DNA of 63,596 bases, filler included, from Basidiobolus ranarum (Eukaryota), in NCBI GenBank assembly GCA_040143965.1. It is 7 parts of 7 records of this genome, joined end to end, with 100 filler letters (N's around TTAATTAATTAA, not from the genome) between each part and the next. Parts side by side here need not be neighbours in the genome. Positions count along the whole stretch, not along the records: positions 18,230 to 27,239 come from JASJQH010000887.1; positions 27,340 to 36,336 come from JASJQH010000888.1; positions 36,437 to 45,426 come from JASJQH010000889.1; 4 more parts are not named here. The stretch is one strand, 5' to 3'. Under the pieces are notes generated by a model. The model searched no databases, was not told the origin of the DNA, and saw nothing but the letters and a program-made list of their open reading frames with translations. This document shows positions 26,104-40,038 of the stretch, piece after piece (positions within the stretch are counted from its first letter, which is position 1; every line of letters begins with the position of its first letter). The translations under genes and the position numbers were made by a program.

Positions 26104-27239
26104 CAGAATTGACAGAATGTTTTAAATATACAAAAAATCATTTATTAGAGTACGTAAGAATTTGTTTCTCTTCCAATAAATTTAACATGATTAAACATTC
26201 TACAGCATTGTTTCTTAACATATTTTTCCATACAAGTTATATGCAAAAGTTTCTCAGCCAGATTTTTGACCTGCATTTCTATAAAGTAAGGTAATCCATG
26301 ATTAACCCAAAGTCTTTTGTTTTGGTAAGTTCCCACATTTCGTATCCTTGCAATTTATAAGCAAAACCTTTCCGAGATCAAGAAGTCTACCAAGACCCAG
26401 AAGCCTTCCAAAACCAAAACTACTGACACTTGCAAGTCTACCAATACTAAAAATCTGATGAAGCTCACCAATTTACGAAAACTTACTGGTATAGTATAGA
26501 CTAGTGCTACTGTCCGATTCATTTCTTCGATTTTTCTTAACAGAAAAGACTATTGTTTGGTCATTTAAAATGCTATGTGACAAATATCAAGCTCAATCAT
26601 GTGGCCGATGTCAATGTTGTCATTTGAATGCATGTAAAGAAAGTAACTCAGTGATGAGCACTATTGTGAATTGGGACTACTGTATCAAATGACCTATTGG
26701 AGACAAATGAACTAGTACATGAATCTAGAATACCAATGAAGTTGGGTATCTGCAGAGATTGCTCTTGACCATCAATATTGCTCATATATACAATATCTTG
26801 AAATTAATCTAAACAGCTATCACATTTGTCCACCAACCACAATGTTCAGATTTACGAGAAATCATACCCAAGGTTTATATAAGATATATCTATTATAATC
26901 ATATAACTTGGTATGGAAGCATGTCATTACTATAGTTTAGTGGACTAATCAAACATCTCTGCACATGCAACACATCTCAAAGCCTTTATTTGCATGACAA
27001 AAAATATCACATTGGAAGAAATATTCAAGGCAACAGCTACCTTTTGTTAGTGGAATACATGTGTATTATTCTGTCAAAGAACCTGTGGAAACTCTAACAC
27101 CCCATTAGACAAACTCTATATATCTTCCATTTAGGGGGGATGAAAAGCACCAGATGGTGTGGACTTTATTTAGCTTAAATACTAATCTAAACAAAGTGAC
27201 AATCAAGACATCAATCTTTTAAGATATTGTGACAATACT

Positions 27240-27339
27240 NNNNNNNNNNNNNNNNNNNNNNNNNNNNNNNNNNNNNNNNNNNNTTAATTAATTAANNNNN
27301 NNNNNNNNNNNNNNNNNNNNNNNNNNNNNNNNNNNNNNN
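27240..27339. other. Artificial contig linker
   Basis: N44-TTAATTAATTAA-N44. Confidence 0.99.
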
Positions 27340-27393
27340 GTACACTCGCGTACATATTCCCTATGGTACGTACCGAATGGTAAATGTGAGAAG

Positions 27394-27630
27394 TTGATCC
27401 TGAATGAGTGTTACCGAGCTTTGGTGAATCTGCGTCAACGCCACAGAGTGGAGGTGGAGGCAAGGTCAAAGCTATTGGAAAAAACTCGGCGTGAGGATGT
27501 GATTGCAAACCCTGGTTTACTTACTGCGTCGGATAATACACAACTAGAGTTGTTGAACAGAGTGCTGGAGTGGTTGGAGGTTGCTGAGCTTCGTTTGGAA
27601 GGAATGATCATGATTTTGCGTGATTTTTAA
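27394..27630 (+). CDS. Possible 3' end of a hypothetical helical protein at contig start
   Basis: Coding-like amphipathic ORF; no family recognised. Confidence 0.3.
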   Translation: MILNECYRALVNLRQRHRVEVEARSKLLEKTRREDVIANPGLLTASDNTQLELLNRVLEWLEVAELRLEGMIMILRDF

Positions 27631-27981
27631 TAACTTTTGTGTCTGGCAAGACTATGCTGTCAGTTTAAATTGTCACTTTATTTAGAGTGTTTCTTATAGT
27701 TAGATTATCATGGATTGTTTATATCAAGTAAATATCGGTTTTACTAGTCATATTGGAATTGCCATGCTCTTACAAAGCAGTGGCCAGTCTCGAGATCGTA
27801 ATTTTACGTCATTATTAGTTGTTTAACATGGCTCAAGAACTCCAGTCTAAAATAAGATTTATCTAAACATCAAAAAATGTATACAATGTTGATTCTAGTT
27901 GAAAATCCCTAACAAGAGTGTTCAGGATGAGCAAAGTCAAATGGTGTAATATGAATTTGTATAAATACGGGAATAGCTATT

Positions 27982-29420
27982 TTATGATTTCATAGGGTTA
28001 TTGACGGGTGTCTTCGGTTTGCCATTGATGATAGTTTGATGACAATTCTCCAAAGCAAGAAGCTATGGTGAAGGAGATGTTAAAGAAGAATAGGATGAAA
28101 CTATACAAGTTGTTACTCACCTCGATGTTTTCAAACGTTCCCTCGGTACAGGCTCCAAGATGAGGCAATAGTCGCACTTTGGTGTTTCGCAGTAATCCAG
28201 GATGAACATCCGGTTCGTTTTGATACACATCTAGGCCGACAGTTCGTAATTTTCCAGAGTCTAACGCCTCCACCAAAGCATCCTCGTCTAAAACTGGTCC
28301 TCGAGAAGTATTAATCAATATGGCACCGTCTTTCATTTTGGCAAACTCTTTCGCACCAATCAATCTAGTGGTCAAATTAGATAATGGTACATGAACGGAA
28401 AGAATATCTACAGTGCTAAGAAGGTCGTCAAACGGTAGATAGGTAACATGGCATGCTTTAGCGACTATTATGGAAGTCAGTATAGGCAAGTATATTGAAA
28501 ATGCACGGGATCTCAAGCTCACCTTCATTGGGGACTGGGTTACGGTTATGATAATACATTTCCATCCCAAATGCATGGGCACGTTGAGCCAAGGCCTAGA
28601 GAATCTGTCTGAGACAAGCACTGAAGATTTGTACATATGTAGTCACTTACCTTGCCAATACCACCCAGCCCTAATATGCCCAGCTTTAGTCTTCTAGCAT
28701 CCAGGCCCAGTGAAATGCTGTCTTTCCAGCAGCCTGAATTGAAACCAACAATACGTTTAGTCTGTATAATCCCAGTGAAACATTGTTGGCTGAGCACTGA
28801 AATAACCTTGTCTCAGGGCTTGTTCAGCTTCGTAAGTATATCTAGTAGTACTGAGAATAAGAAGCATGGCTATATCTGCGGTTGCATCATCTCCTACTCC
28901 TGGAGTATTCGACACCCAGATGCCTGCAGTTAAGATGGATCAGAAATACTCCGCAGTGCATAAATATGCGAATAATGGCTAATGTAATGTACCTTTATCG
29001 GAGGCATGCTCTACATCCACTGCATCGTATCCTGCACCTGTACTAGATATGATTTTTAATGAAGGGCCGAACAGATCGATAACTCGAGTATCAAATCTTC
29101 CACAAGCCTGTAAAGATCGTTTAGTTCATCAGAAAACGGCACTTGGTCATTTGTTAAAACAATACCAGTTTAAAGGCCCATGATAGTACTACCGCCGAGC
29201 ATTCTCCAAATTCACCCTCATTAAGTTGTCTCAAGAATTCCTGACGACTCCGAGGGAGGATTATCTGTATATATCAATTCAGGGTAAATATGATAGAGCA
29301 TGAGCAACCAGCCGATACAATGGGAATTACCAAGAGATCGTAATTGTGTTTATTACGCAGCTCGTCCACGTAGTCATTGGCGAACTCTATTTCTCCAAGG
29401 AACAAAATTCGTTTAGACAT
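27982..29420 (-). CDS. D-isomer-specific 2-hydroxyacid dehydrogenase (glyoxylate/hydroxypyruvate reductase-like), multi-exon
   Basis: GAGYDAVD, LGILGLGGIG, YHNRN, INTSRGPVLDE, GLDVYQNEP and LLPHLG motifs across GT-AG introns; starts MSKRILFLGEI. Confidence 0.93.
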
Positions 29421-30752
29421 GTCAAAGAGAATGATTACTGGCTGTGGGATGTTGTCGCTAGTGCGTGGTATAGACCCGAGTTTAAGAAATACAGACGAGA
29501 GATCCTATGCTTTTATTTAAAAACTGTATGTCCAGTAAGCATAACACCATTCAGAATCTCGCATTACGAAACCGGAATGAAGCATCTTTTTGATATAGGA
29601 AATAGTGACCTTCTACTGATTGCTCGCTATTATAAAATATGCTTCATTTGAGAAAGCATTATGGATAATTCTTTATCAACCAAGGGGCTTATGTAACAGA
29701 AAGTTTAATACTAATTTGTCACGGAGTGATTTAACAAGGGACTTTATGCATGTTACTGTGAGTAGCAGAAGATATTTTTAATCGGGATTCGATCTCTTGC
29801 TCAACCCCAGGTTGATACCACGCATTATGCTGTTCATTAAGGTCATGAACATATTTTTGTCTAAATTTAGATCACATAACTTGCTGTCTCACCAGTGCTC
29901 ACATAATGTTCCATCATATATACTTGAATGAATAACAAAGCACCTGAGATATGTAGCAAATATGCTAGGGACTTCACAAGGTACTAACCTGCCGACTAAT
30001 GGGGTGTCATTGAGTTGGAGCAAACCTAACATCAGCTACCCACAACAACTGGCATCTAATACAAGGAGGTGTTCTCTGCCGTCCACAACCACCGATGTTG
30101 TACTTGGGATCGATATGGTGGGAAACACAGTCTAGTATTCATTATTCCAGATCATTGGACCAAAGCCATTGGCTGTAGTGGTCTTACTGTTCGTCGCAGG
30201 CAGGTTAATTAGTGTTATATGAAGTCATAAAATGCTTAGAAAATCCTTCCGTTTCTCTGTAAGGCTATACATTACAAATCATATTATGTACGTCATGCCG
30301 GTCTGTCGAGTGTGTATGATTGTATAGTCAACCTAGAATAATACTATTAATGCGGGATTTCTAAGGACTACATATATATATATCAATTGGTGTAGAGCAT
30401 TTGCCAAAATGACCGACACCAGCTTTGAACTGCCTTGTATTTGTAGAATATCAGAGCAGGCTTCTATGGTAATCATATTAAACCTGAACACAACTTCAAA
30501 TGCGATAGGTTCTCTAATGATTAGAAGTAATTGATACTTTTAGATGTCTCTAAAGAAAGTATATCAGTATTATTGCATTCAGGTAGCCGTGCGAATGAAT
30601 CCTTCAGTATTTTGATCGATCTGCTTGCATCCGGAGGTAGCAATATAAATTAGTGTCCTTTTCTAGATGACTGATCCTTTATTTGGGCAATTGCCATTAA
30701 TTGCAGCGATTCGGACCGAGGCCTCCGATGAAAATATCATAAATTAGCTGAC

Positions 30753-32289
30753 ATGCTTAAAATCGTTGTCATGAAGGCTACAACATTGATATTATCGCTC
30801 CTCTTGGTCCTCTTTCTCCCCTTGACATTACCTGTTCTGGTTTTACTAGTTGGTAAGTGTAGAGAACTTATACAAATCTCTTCTATTTATATTTACCTTA
30901 CAAATTTCTTTAGCTACATTGTATGCAATTGCCTGGTCTGTCTATATATTGTTGGGGCAAACAGATCGTTCGAAGCTATTATTACCATTCAACTTTAAAC
31001 GAGTGTTGAAAGTAAATTATGTCGCTTATCAGCAAATCTTAGGGCAGTTAGAAATGTTACCTGATGCTATGTACTACCTTTATTGGAGATATTGGAAAGT
31101 TAGAGCGGTTATCAATGACATAAAAAAGTAAGTTTTATGTAGAGCCCGCTTGCTCTTAAATATTAAAGCAAATATCTATGATTCTGATTGTTTCCTCCCC
31201 TCTTTAGGTCAAATATACCTTTTTATTCACCTTCAGATGTGAAGAAGCCGCAGCTTGATCTTTACTTACCCTCCACTCAGGAAACAGAGCTGGTGCCTGT
31301 CATATTCTTCATATATGGTGGATCCTGGTCTTCGGGTAGCAAATTAATGTATACACTGGTGGCAGACACTCTAAGAAAGCAAGGGTATTTGGTAGTTGTC
31401 CCAGACTATCGAAAATATCCTGAAGTTAAGATTGAACAAATTTACGAAGACGTCGCTCAAGCGTTGGTTTGGACTCACAAGAATGTGAAGAAGTATGGTG
31501 GAAATCCATCTCGTATCAGTGTTATGGTAATTGATCCTTCCTCCTTGATGATAGATGGCATCAAACTGATATGTATACGTAGGGTCATAGCGCCGGCGCT
31601 CACTTGGGAGTCCAAATTATTCTGAATGACATACTGCGCAAGATGAGCAGCCAAACACCGATGGCTGATACAATTGCTCTACCTCCCATTCACAATCTAA
31701 TTTTGTAAATTCTTCAAGACTATCATGACTTAATTGTAAATTTCGCTAACGAGTTCGCATAGATTGTCAGGTGTGTATGATATTGATCAACATTTCCTTT
31801 GGGAGTCCTACCGTGGGGTGGAAGAAGTTTCTGGAATGGGTCGTGTTATGGGGTTGACAAAAACCAGATTTGATTCCAACTCACCTACGTTTATATTGAA
31901 ATCGATATCATCGTGGAACGACCACAAGAAACGACAATTTATGGATCAACTTCCAGCTACCTTAATAATTCATGGTGAGCTCGATCATACAGTTCCTGAT
32001 TCTTCGGCAAAGAACTTCCATCAAGCCTTGTCAGAGATTTTGTACGATACGGAGAGAAATCCAAGTTACAAATTTCTCTTATATCCTGATATGAACCACG
32101 CAGATCCGGTATTCGGTAATCATCTCCAACAATACATTTGTCATTCCATTGGCTCTTTTGATGTTAACCGCATTCTTTTCCATATATACATTCACTTCAG
32201 CCTTGATGCCTTTCTCGTGGAACTGCCCTAAATTTCACAAAACCTTTTTAAACGAGATTGTCACTTTTAGTAGAAGAAATGCAGATTGA
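30753..32289 (+). CDS. Alpha/beta hydrolase, isoprenylcysteine methylesterase (ICME)-like, with N-terminal hydrophobic segment, multi-exon
   Basis: LDLYLP, FIYGGSW, PDYRKYP, spliced GHSAG nucleophile, IIHGELDHTVP, and MNHAD. Confidence 0.9.
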
Positions 32290-32707
32290 CCCACAAACCA
32301 ATTTTCAGTACTAGGCTCTACAGAAGTTCACCGTTTAACTTATCGCTGAAAAACTACTCAGCAATCAGATGTATTATTATGGTCTGTGTATAAATAAGTT
32401 GGTATTCGAATAAGCCCTTGCAAGTGGTACCCAGGTAGAGAGAGATACCCTCTATTCGTGATCAATAAATATCTTTTGGAAAAGTAAAGTGAACCAAGTG
32501 ATTGACAGCTCAGAATTCACTTGGAGCTACAAAGTTAAATTTACGAATATATTTAGAAGATTGAGTAAAGCAGTAAAGTACTCCGGTTAGATACATGCCG
32601 CGACTCTGCTCTAATTACAACCCTTCCCAAATGCCATTATATATGCAAATGTTGAATGAGGCTTAATTTTATTTAAAATTCAGGTATTATTCGAATGGTA
32701 GTCACTC

Positions 32708-34215
32708 TTACTGAGACCATACTTTAACATAATCGATTGCTAGAGCTCGACGTTCGTCATTTGGCCAACTCTTTAACCACTCATCCTTCTTCAGCCAAAA
32801 GTCCTTGGCTGCCGTAGGGGATTGATTGGACCAGGGTTTGGTTGGATGCTCCGGGAAATAACCATTGGTACCACCAACAGCTACATTGAAGATAAGATAA
32901 AATTCCTGATCAAATGGGGCGTCCTTACCTCTTCCAGCCCAGGGATTATTCAATCCTTTCGGGAAGTCACCACGCTCCCAGAATGTCTGGTTGAATGGAA
33001 CCTCCAGTATGGTTTTTTTATCGACACTAGTTTTGATCGAGCGTGCGTCCCAGTCGAGAACAAACTTATGGAACTTTTGGCTGAAGTCGGCTTTACCCGG
33101 GAGGCTGTAGGAACCTGATGTCTTCTGGTACCTATTAAACTCATAAGAGGGTCCTTTTTGAAATGTAAGTATAAATTTGGAATATATTGTCAAGTTAATG
33201 ATTACCCCAATGCAATGTAGAAGCAACTGTGTTGACCCCATTTGGATAGTCTCCTCTGTTTCCACGCGATTCCACGATATCAATCTCACCAGAAGCTGGC
33301 CATGAGCCGTATTGCTGGTCCTTGGGCAACATCCAAATAGCCTAATAATTTATCAATGACAAAGGACATTTAAGCATCCACCAATGACTTAATTAATTAG
33401 TTACTCTCACTTACTGGCCTAAAGAGAACGAATTAGCAATATTGAGGATGAAAAGAGTCACAAGTAGAAGTTTACCAAATCCAATCGCCTCGTGGCAATC
33501 TAGCGCGAATCTCTATCTTTCCATGCTTCACACTGATAGCTTTGTGTGAACGAACTAGGGCCGATTGAATTGGATTAAGGATGTTGTTTCCATCACTTGT
33601 GCGTTGACATCCAAAGAAAGCATTCCCTATTCACCGAACCAGTTTATAATAAAATAGGGAATCTAATTCAGTCACATATCCAAGAACATCAAATATGAGA
33701 ATCATTTACCGGTGCAAGCATTAGCAGGCTCATTGCCCCTATATTGACAGACGAAAAATCATACCAATAAGATACATCTTCAACCATGTTAAGAAAATCT
33801 AGAGAACCTCTTACCATAGATCAATTGTTCCACCGCGCACTACCGCTTCCTCACCAAGTCGTTCCGAGGTTAAGGTAGGCTTAATATAGAGAACACCATC
33901 TTTCACGTAGGAGTTGGACCGATTATTGAAATAGTATTCAAACTCCCAATTCCTATTAACAATTTTCTTAGAATTTACATCTCTTTGTCACCCATACTGA
34001 GGAGCCAGCTTACCCTCCTCCACCCAAGGTGATATCATGCTTTAACGTAACAACATTAGTTTCAGAGTACAAACCATTAATCCAACAATGGCACTCACCT
34101 TCCAACGACTCAAATCGAAGGAGTCGAAATTATCCTCAAACACTAAACGAGGAGCGGCATTTACTTGCAGAACTGAAAGTAAAGCTACAGTAGCCACAGT
34201 CTTGAGAATCACCAT
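32708..34215 (-). CDS. Secreted GH16 beta-1,3-glucanase (beta-glucan recognition protein-like subgroup), 8 exons
   Basis: Signal peptide MVILKTVATVALLSVLQVNA; GGGGNWEFEYY, GDWIWPAIWMLP, catalytic SGEIDIVESRGN, and APFDQEFYLIFNVAVGG. Confidence 0.93.
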
Positions 34216-36336
34216 AGTTATGAACGTATTGATGAAAGAGAAGTTTCTGGCATCTTCAATGGAGACTCGCAATCTTTATATAAGCTTGAGAGGATATGTG
34301 GCATTGGGAAGGTGATGTTGGAACATATCACATACGAAATGTCAAATAATTCCTTGCATTATTTCGCATACAAGGATTTAATAAGGAAATTATCAGATCG
34401 GTTTCACTGCTTATGACCACTAGTACACGTTTATTCTAATTAATTAAATTTAAGCTATTAAGCGTACGTTCACTACAGTAAGCTTGTTGGATCCAATTGC
34501 ATAGCAGTCATCATCTGGTAGATGGCACCTTTTCACATCCATACTTGTTATTCCTATTGCATGGTGCATCCCAAACAGGAAAACGATAGCCTACAACACT
34601 CCAGTTAACATGTCTAGCAAAGATCTGCCCTTATCTGTTCTTTTACTAATAACAGTCAGAAATACAGCCATTCTCTCGAAGCGACGGAGCGTCGATCTAG
34701 ATGGCTTCGAAGTATGCAAACACTATCTGTCTTACATCGTCTATCTAGCGTATCAGCTAGGGCGGAGTAGGATGATTGGGGTGGTACCAAAGGGTTCCCA
34801 GGTTGCAAGTATAGCTCTCAGAGAAAATTTTTCTCACGAGATATGATAATTAGATTTCATGCATGCCAGCTGAGGATCTTGAATTTATCGAATATAAACA
34901 AGAGTCACTTTCAACCCAAAGAGATGGCGCCCTTTCTCTCTTTTGGAACAGCCGAAGATTCAAAGATAGTACATTGATAGTTATGGAGTAACATTAGTAA
35001 TGGTGTCAAAGATATGATGCAGCTGCTTAATCAGCTGATCGATCACCTCATCCGAAAAGCACCTCGTGAATCATATAGGTGAAGGCTCGGAGAGTGAGCT
35101 ATACTAGGTAATGTAAGTACATGACTTTTCATAGCGAATTTTACCGGGATGCGCTAAGCTGCTATTTACTTGCTGATTTAGCCAGAGATTCTGTACACAA
35201 TCGCGAGTTCCATCAGATTTGCAGTAAATATCACAAAGGAAAACCACCTTGGCGAAAGCTACAAAATCTTAATGAGACTGGGTTAAATCCAAGCGGAATA
35301 AGAGATGAGAGGGTTACAAATCGCCCACAAGGTCAGGGCTTGAATGGAAAGGATGTGGGCGATGGCTTGGTGCATCTTCGGTCATAGGCGATAAACCAAT
35401 TTTGTATATCTAGTTATCATCCAACCAATGATTGGAACTTGGACTGCATGTATAATCAAGCCAACAAAGTATACCTAAGTTCTCCGAAGTTTCCACTCTC
35501 AAGATCCAATGGATATTTTAGCATTATAAGCATCTGAAGAGAGGCTTGAGTGAACCCACTAAATGAAGAAAGTGCGAATCGAGTAGAAATAAGCAAGAGT
35601 ACCTTACCGGTAGCTACCTCGTACTTATTCAAGAGTTGTGTGGAACAGAGAACCCCTCTATCTTTAATATCTATTTCTTGTTTCAATGAAAGTCTAAATT
35701 ATATCAATTATGGTCCCATTGAACTATGACAGTTTGTGGGAGGATATTTACTACACCCCTTTAAGCACTAGTAAAACCCCCACCAAGATCAACCGGTATT
35801 GCAATACAGATCTCAAATAGGATACTTTTTACAACGATAATTTGAGTTTTTAATTTGAAAATATCGTCGGTAGAAATTTGACCATAATTCTCTCGATTGA
35901 ATATTGCGGTAAGTGAAATCGCGGCATGTGCTTGGCAAAGTACTTCTTACTATAGATAGGAAGGCGCACTTGGTTCACTTATGTTATCTGATCTAACTTT
36001 TAGTTCAAACACGCTAGTAGTTTTATATTAAGAGCACTAATGATGCTTATCATGTGCAAAAAACGCTGTATAACCAACAGGTCCATGTTAAATCACTCCC
36101 TAGTAGTTATTTTGTTGGTTACTTAATAGGTGAATTCTTATTTACGTCTAGCCAAGGAACGCCAAGTCTAAAGCTGCTGATCATGTGACTTTGGTCAATG
36201 CAAACGATGATCATTATACAGTGTTTTACTCTAAAATGAGACGATTGGAAATCCAAATGAGATGCTCTGAAAATTCAAATTAGACGATTCACCTTTTCTT
36301 CTGGGACGTGTACAACACAAAAAATGAGATGATTTG

Positions 36337-36436
36337 NNNNNNNNNNNNNNNNNNNNNNNNNNNNNNNNNNNNNNNNNNNNTTAATTAATTAANNNNNNNN
36401 NNNNNNNNNNNNNNNNNNNNNNNNNNNNNNNNNNNN
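36337..36436. other. Artificial contig linker
   Basis: N44-TTAATTAATTAA-N44. Confidence 0.99.
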
Positions 36437-36574
36437 GCTGGTGTGAGAGTTAACCCTGGAGTGTGCAATCTCGTGGATGGAAGAGTCCGTATTGGCTTTA
36501 ACGACCGTAGTCGTCCTCGATACAATGGGGGATACGATCACAGTTACGGCCGTAGAAGTATATCCGATGTCTAA
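36437..36574 (+). CDS. Pro-rich secreted family copy 1, C-terminal end only (contig start)
   Basis: AGVRVNPGVCNLVDGRVRIGFNDRS...YGRRSISDV* matches 38940-39075. Confidence 0.75.
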   Translation, partial: AGVRVNPGVCNLVDGRVRIGFNDRSRPRYNGGYDHSYGRRSISDV

Positions 36575-37497
36575 TCAGTATTAATAGATCCAGTAAGTTT
36601 AAAATAGTCCTTTCAATTGATTCAGTCATTTTGCTTAATTGTATTGAGGATGTTAAATAATTAGCTCGTTTGATATAAATTTTTCTTAAACAACCACATA
36701 GTTTTTCACTTTTATTAGATTTACCTTGACCTTTAATGAATGGGCTTGAATATGCGGAGGAATTGAAATTGTATCATTAACTCCGGTCTCGTGGAGTCGG
36801 TAGGATTGTTTGTGGGGCACCTAGATATGTTTCGGATGGGCTAAAAGCTAAAATTACGACATGACGATGGAATTTGTATAATATGTTTCGATCATGAACA
36901 AAAATGAATAGTATCTGATTGTAAATCTACTATCAACAGTAGCATTGGTCAGCACAATAGTATGATCGACCGGAGACACAGTTTCATAGTCACGGATAGC
37001 GCATTGGTTGAAGAATAGAGTGGCGAGTGAGACAATACATGGTAAATTATTTATAGCTTACTTAACAATGACCCAGTGAGATGACCATATCCAATGGGAA
37101 ATAGCCTTCAGACTTTCCCCATTTGACCGGTTTTCATCGCCTCCATAACATTCTCAGCCACTTTGATGGGATATATTAGTATACTAGGCTAGGAATACTG
37201 ATGTAACCAAAGGATTTGATATATGACTTGGCTTTTGATTGATGCATGGCTACAAGTGTGAATGCCAACCCACGACACTGGATTTTTTGATCTGATGGCC
37301 TTTAGACTTTCCTTGGGGCCCATCAACGGACAGCTTAGCAATATAGGATATGGTTGTTGAATTAGTTTTAGATAGCGACCAATCATCACCGTGGTTGTGA
37401 CGTATAAATATGTCAAATGCTCTGGAGTCAAATCGACGACGTTAACAAAGTCTGGTGGATATATATAGCACTCAGTATACTGTATAGAAACATCACA

Positions 37498-38660
37498 ATG
37501 AATTCTATACCTAAATCCGAAAGCAATAGGAAAGCATTTGAAGAGCTGATTGCTAAGAATCACCGTGAGTATGGTCTTTATATGGAGCATAATTACCACA
37601 ATCATGGTGTTCACCTCCTAGGTAGTCTTTACGACTTGGGGGCTTCCCAGGATCGTATGCATGATCTATACCAAAAGCTGGCTACTCAATTTCTCTGGAA
37701 GCTACCAGAATCGAAGTACGATATCAACGAGTATAATTACAAAGATTATATAGGCAAAATTGATGCATATCGTGACTTGATGGACTTCTTCGAAGACGAA
37801 ATCTCCAAATTGGAATTTGACAAGACTTTCCAGAAGTACGTACCAACACTATTACCTGGTCTAGGTGGCCAACTAGCCCATCCATTAATTCACCTTGGCT
37901 ATGCTGTAGAATTTCATAACAAACTGATCCTTGCTGAAGCTCTCGCATTTGCTACAGTAGCCTATGATTTTCCTGGGGAATTGATTGATAAGGTTCTACC
38001 TGGACATACATCTAAGGATCCAGAGAAGATACTAGAGGAAATTAGTCAAGATTCACGCTACGAGGACATTCAGAATGGATCTGCTGCCGAACCACTCACT
38101 ACACTAATGCAAAGCACATCGAGTATACCCAAGAATATTTTGCAGCGTGGGATCCCAACTTTCCAAATGATGACTACTCAGGGAAGATACATGAACTTTC
38201 TAAGGCGATCACTCTATTATTCCTAGGTCACGCATCTAACCTGCGGCTTAGATTCCTCCTGTGTCATGCCTTGACTTCCTTTCATGGAGTCCGAATCATA
38301 CTACCCAAGTTAGCTAAGAATGATCAGATCAGGGCTTTACGCTTGATGTGGTTAATTGCGTTGCATATGTTTGTTACAGAGGGAAGATCTCAGTTTAAAT
38401 GGGATAATATACAACAATATCCCATTGATGATTTATCTAAAGATAAAGCGCAAGCTTGGGAACAAATTTCCATAGCCGCGATAAATGATGAGGATGTCCA
38501 TGGTCATGCAATAAAAAGTGTTCGAGCAATGAAAAAGCTTGCTGAGGCTTATCCTGAAGACGAGGAAATATGGAGACGCGGTTCTTGGAAAGTTACAAAC
38601 CTTGTTAAGATCCATGATGATTGGAATCTCTCGTTTGATTCAGAGCCCATTGATAAGTGA
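37498..38660 (+). CDS. Questin oxidase / AflY-HypA (DUF4243) family oxidoreductase, intronless, with one frameshift near 38110
   Basis: HNHGVHLLGSLYDLGAS, LAHPLIHLGYAVEF...LAEALA, then in the -1 frame FLLCHALTS and HAIKSVRA. Confidence 0.85.
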
Positions 38661-38730
38661 TCGGTCACCAGAACTAAATAAAGATTTGATTGTACATTGC
38701 TTATATTTACAGTGTGTAGAGTGTTTGTAA

Positions 38731-39075
38731 CCAGTCTACCTATCTATACCCTCCATCCACCCACCAACCCCCAGAAAACCTTGCATTCCAGAATCTTGTG
38801 AAGCTATCACTGCCAAAATCCGTACAGTATGTGGTACCAACATTAAACTCAATTTCTGTCTTAACTTGAGAGTCAATGTCGATTTTCTTCGCTTTGACAG
38901 TCTCAAGCACCGCATGATCCTTGGTGTTGCTCAGGTTGCTGGTGCTAAAGTTGATCTTGGAGTATGCAATCAATTAGATGGTAGAATTCGTATTGGTTTT
39001 AATGAACGTAGCCACATCCGCCACAATAGTAGATATGATCATGGATATAGTCGTAGAAGCATTGATGAAGTTTAA
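38731..39075 (+). pseudogene. Pro-rich secreted family copy 2, 5'-truncated
   Basis: PPTPRKPCIPESCEAITAKIRTVCGTNIKLNFCLNLRV...; no start codon or signal peptide; in-frame stop just upstream. Confidence 0.75.
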
Positions 39076-39367
39076 ATCTTTAATCACGAAATGACGAGTC
39101 AGAAACTCAGTCAATGAGAATCCTTACAAATAAAACACCTCTAATTAAGCACTTGCACAAAAAGGCATGTATTTATAAATTTACACTATTTGTGCATGAA
39201 AGCAACCTTCACGCCATGTTAAACTTCTTGCTATATATAGCCCAATTTAATATTGCTTTACCAATGATTTTCATTATTATTCATATTGAATAGCTTTGAC
39301 TGCAGTTATTCTTGCTCTATACAGGCACTGCATAAGAAGACATCATCAGTCAGCTCTTAAGTTCTAC

Positions 39368-39429
39368 AATTACCTATTGTTTTGAACCCAGTACTATGAA
39401 TTACCTATTGTTTTGAACCCAGTACTATG
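39368..39429. repeat. Perfect 31-bp tandem duplication
   Basis: AATTACCTATTGTTTTGAACCCAGTACTATG x2. Confidence 0.95.
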
Positions 39430-40038
39430 AACAGCTTTACCTTATATTTAACTCCAGGTCATGCTGAGAAAATTCTCCATTAGCTAATCTATATCCAGCC
39501 AAGTCTATTAATAGTTCTAAATACGTGTACGTGGTAACTAATGAGAAGTGATTTCACTGATCATGCAAATCTCTAGCACTAGCTATACAAAGATAGTTCC
39601 GAAATAGTACATCATGCCTAATAATTAAACCATCCTATTTTGAGTAGAATTTCTAATTCGTGAAACCATACTAACTTTCACTAATTCTATCACATACATG
39701 AATGTTTACATTTCATATATTCTACTTTGAATCTATCTACTATGTACATTCTAATTCTTCAGTTAGCTATTGTAGTAATGTCGACGTAGATTCCTAACTA
39801 AGTAGTGATCAACGTTATGTATATTTTAAGTACACATATTATAAACATAAGTCACCGATAGTAATACATTGATACTCATAAAGGTATACCGATACGTGTC
39901 ACTCTCACTCTCACAGCTACACATCTATTCATAGCTAACTTGGAGTTCAGAATCTGAGTAAAGCAAAAAATATATAAATGGAGTAGAAAATATTATCAAA
40001 TTAGCAATTCCAATCTATCATTTCCATTGACCTAAATC

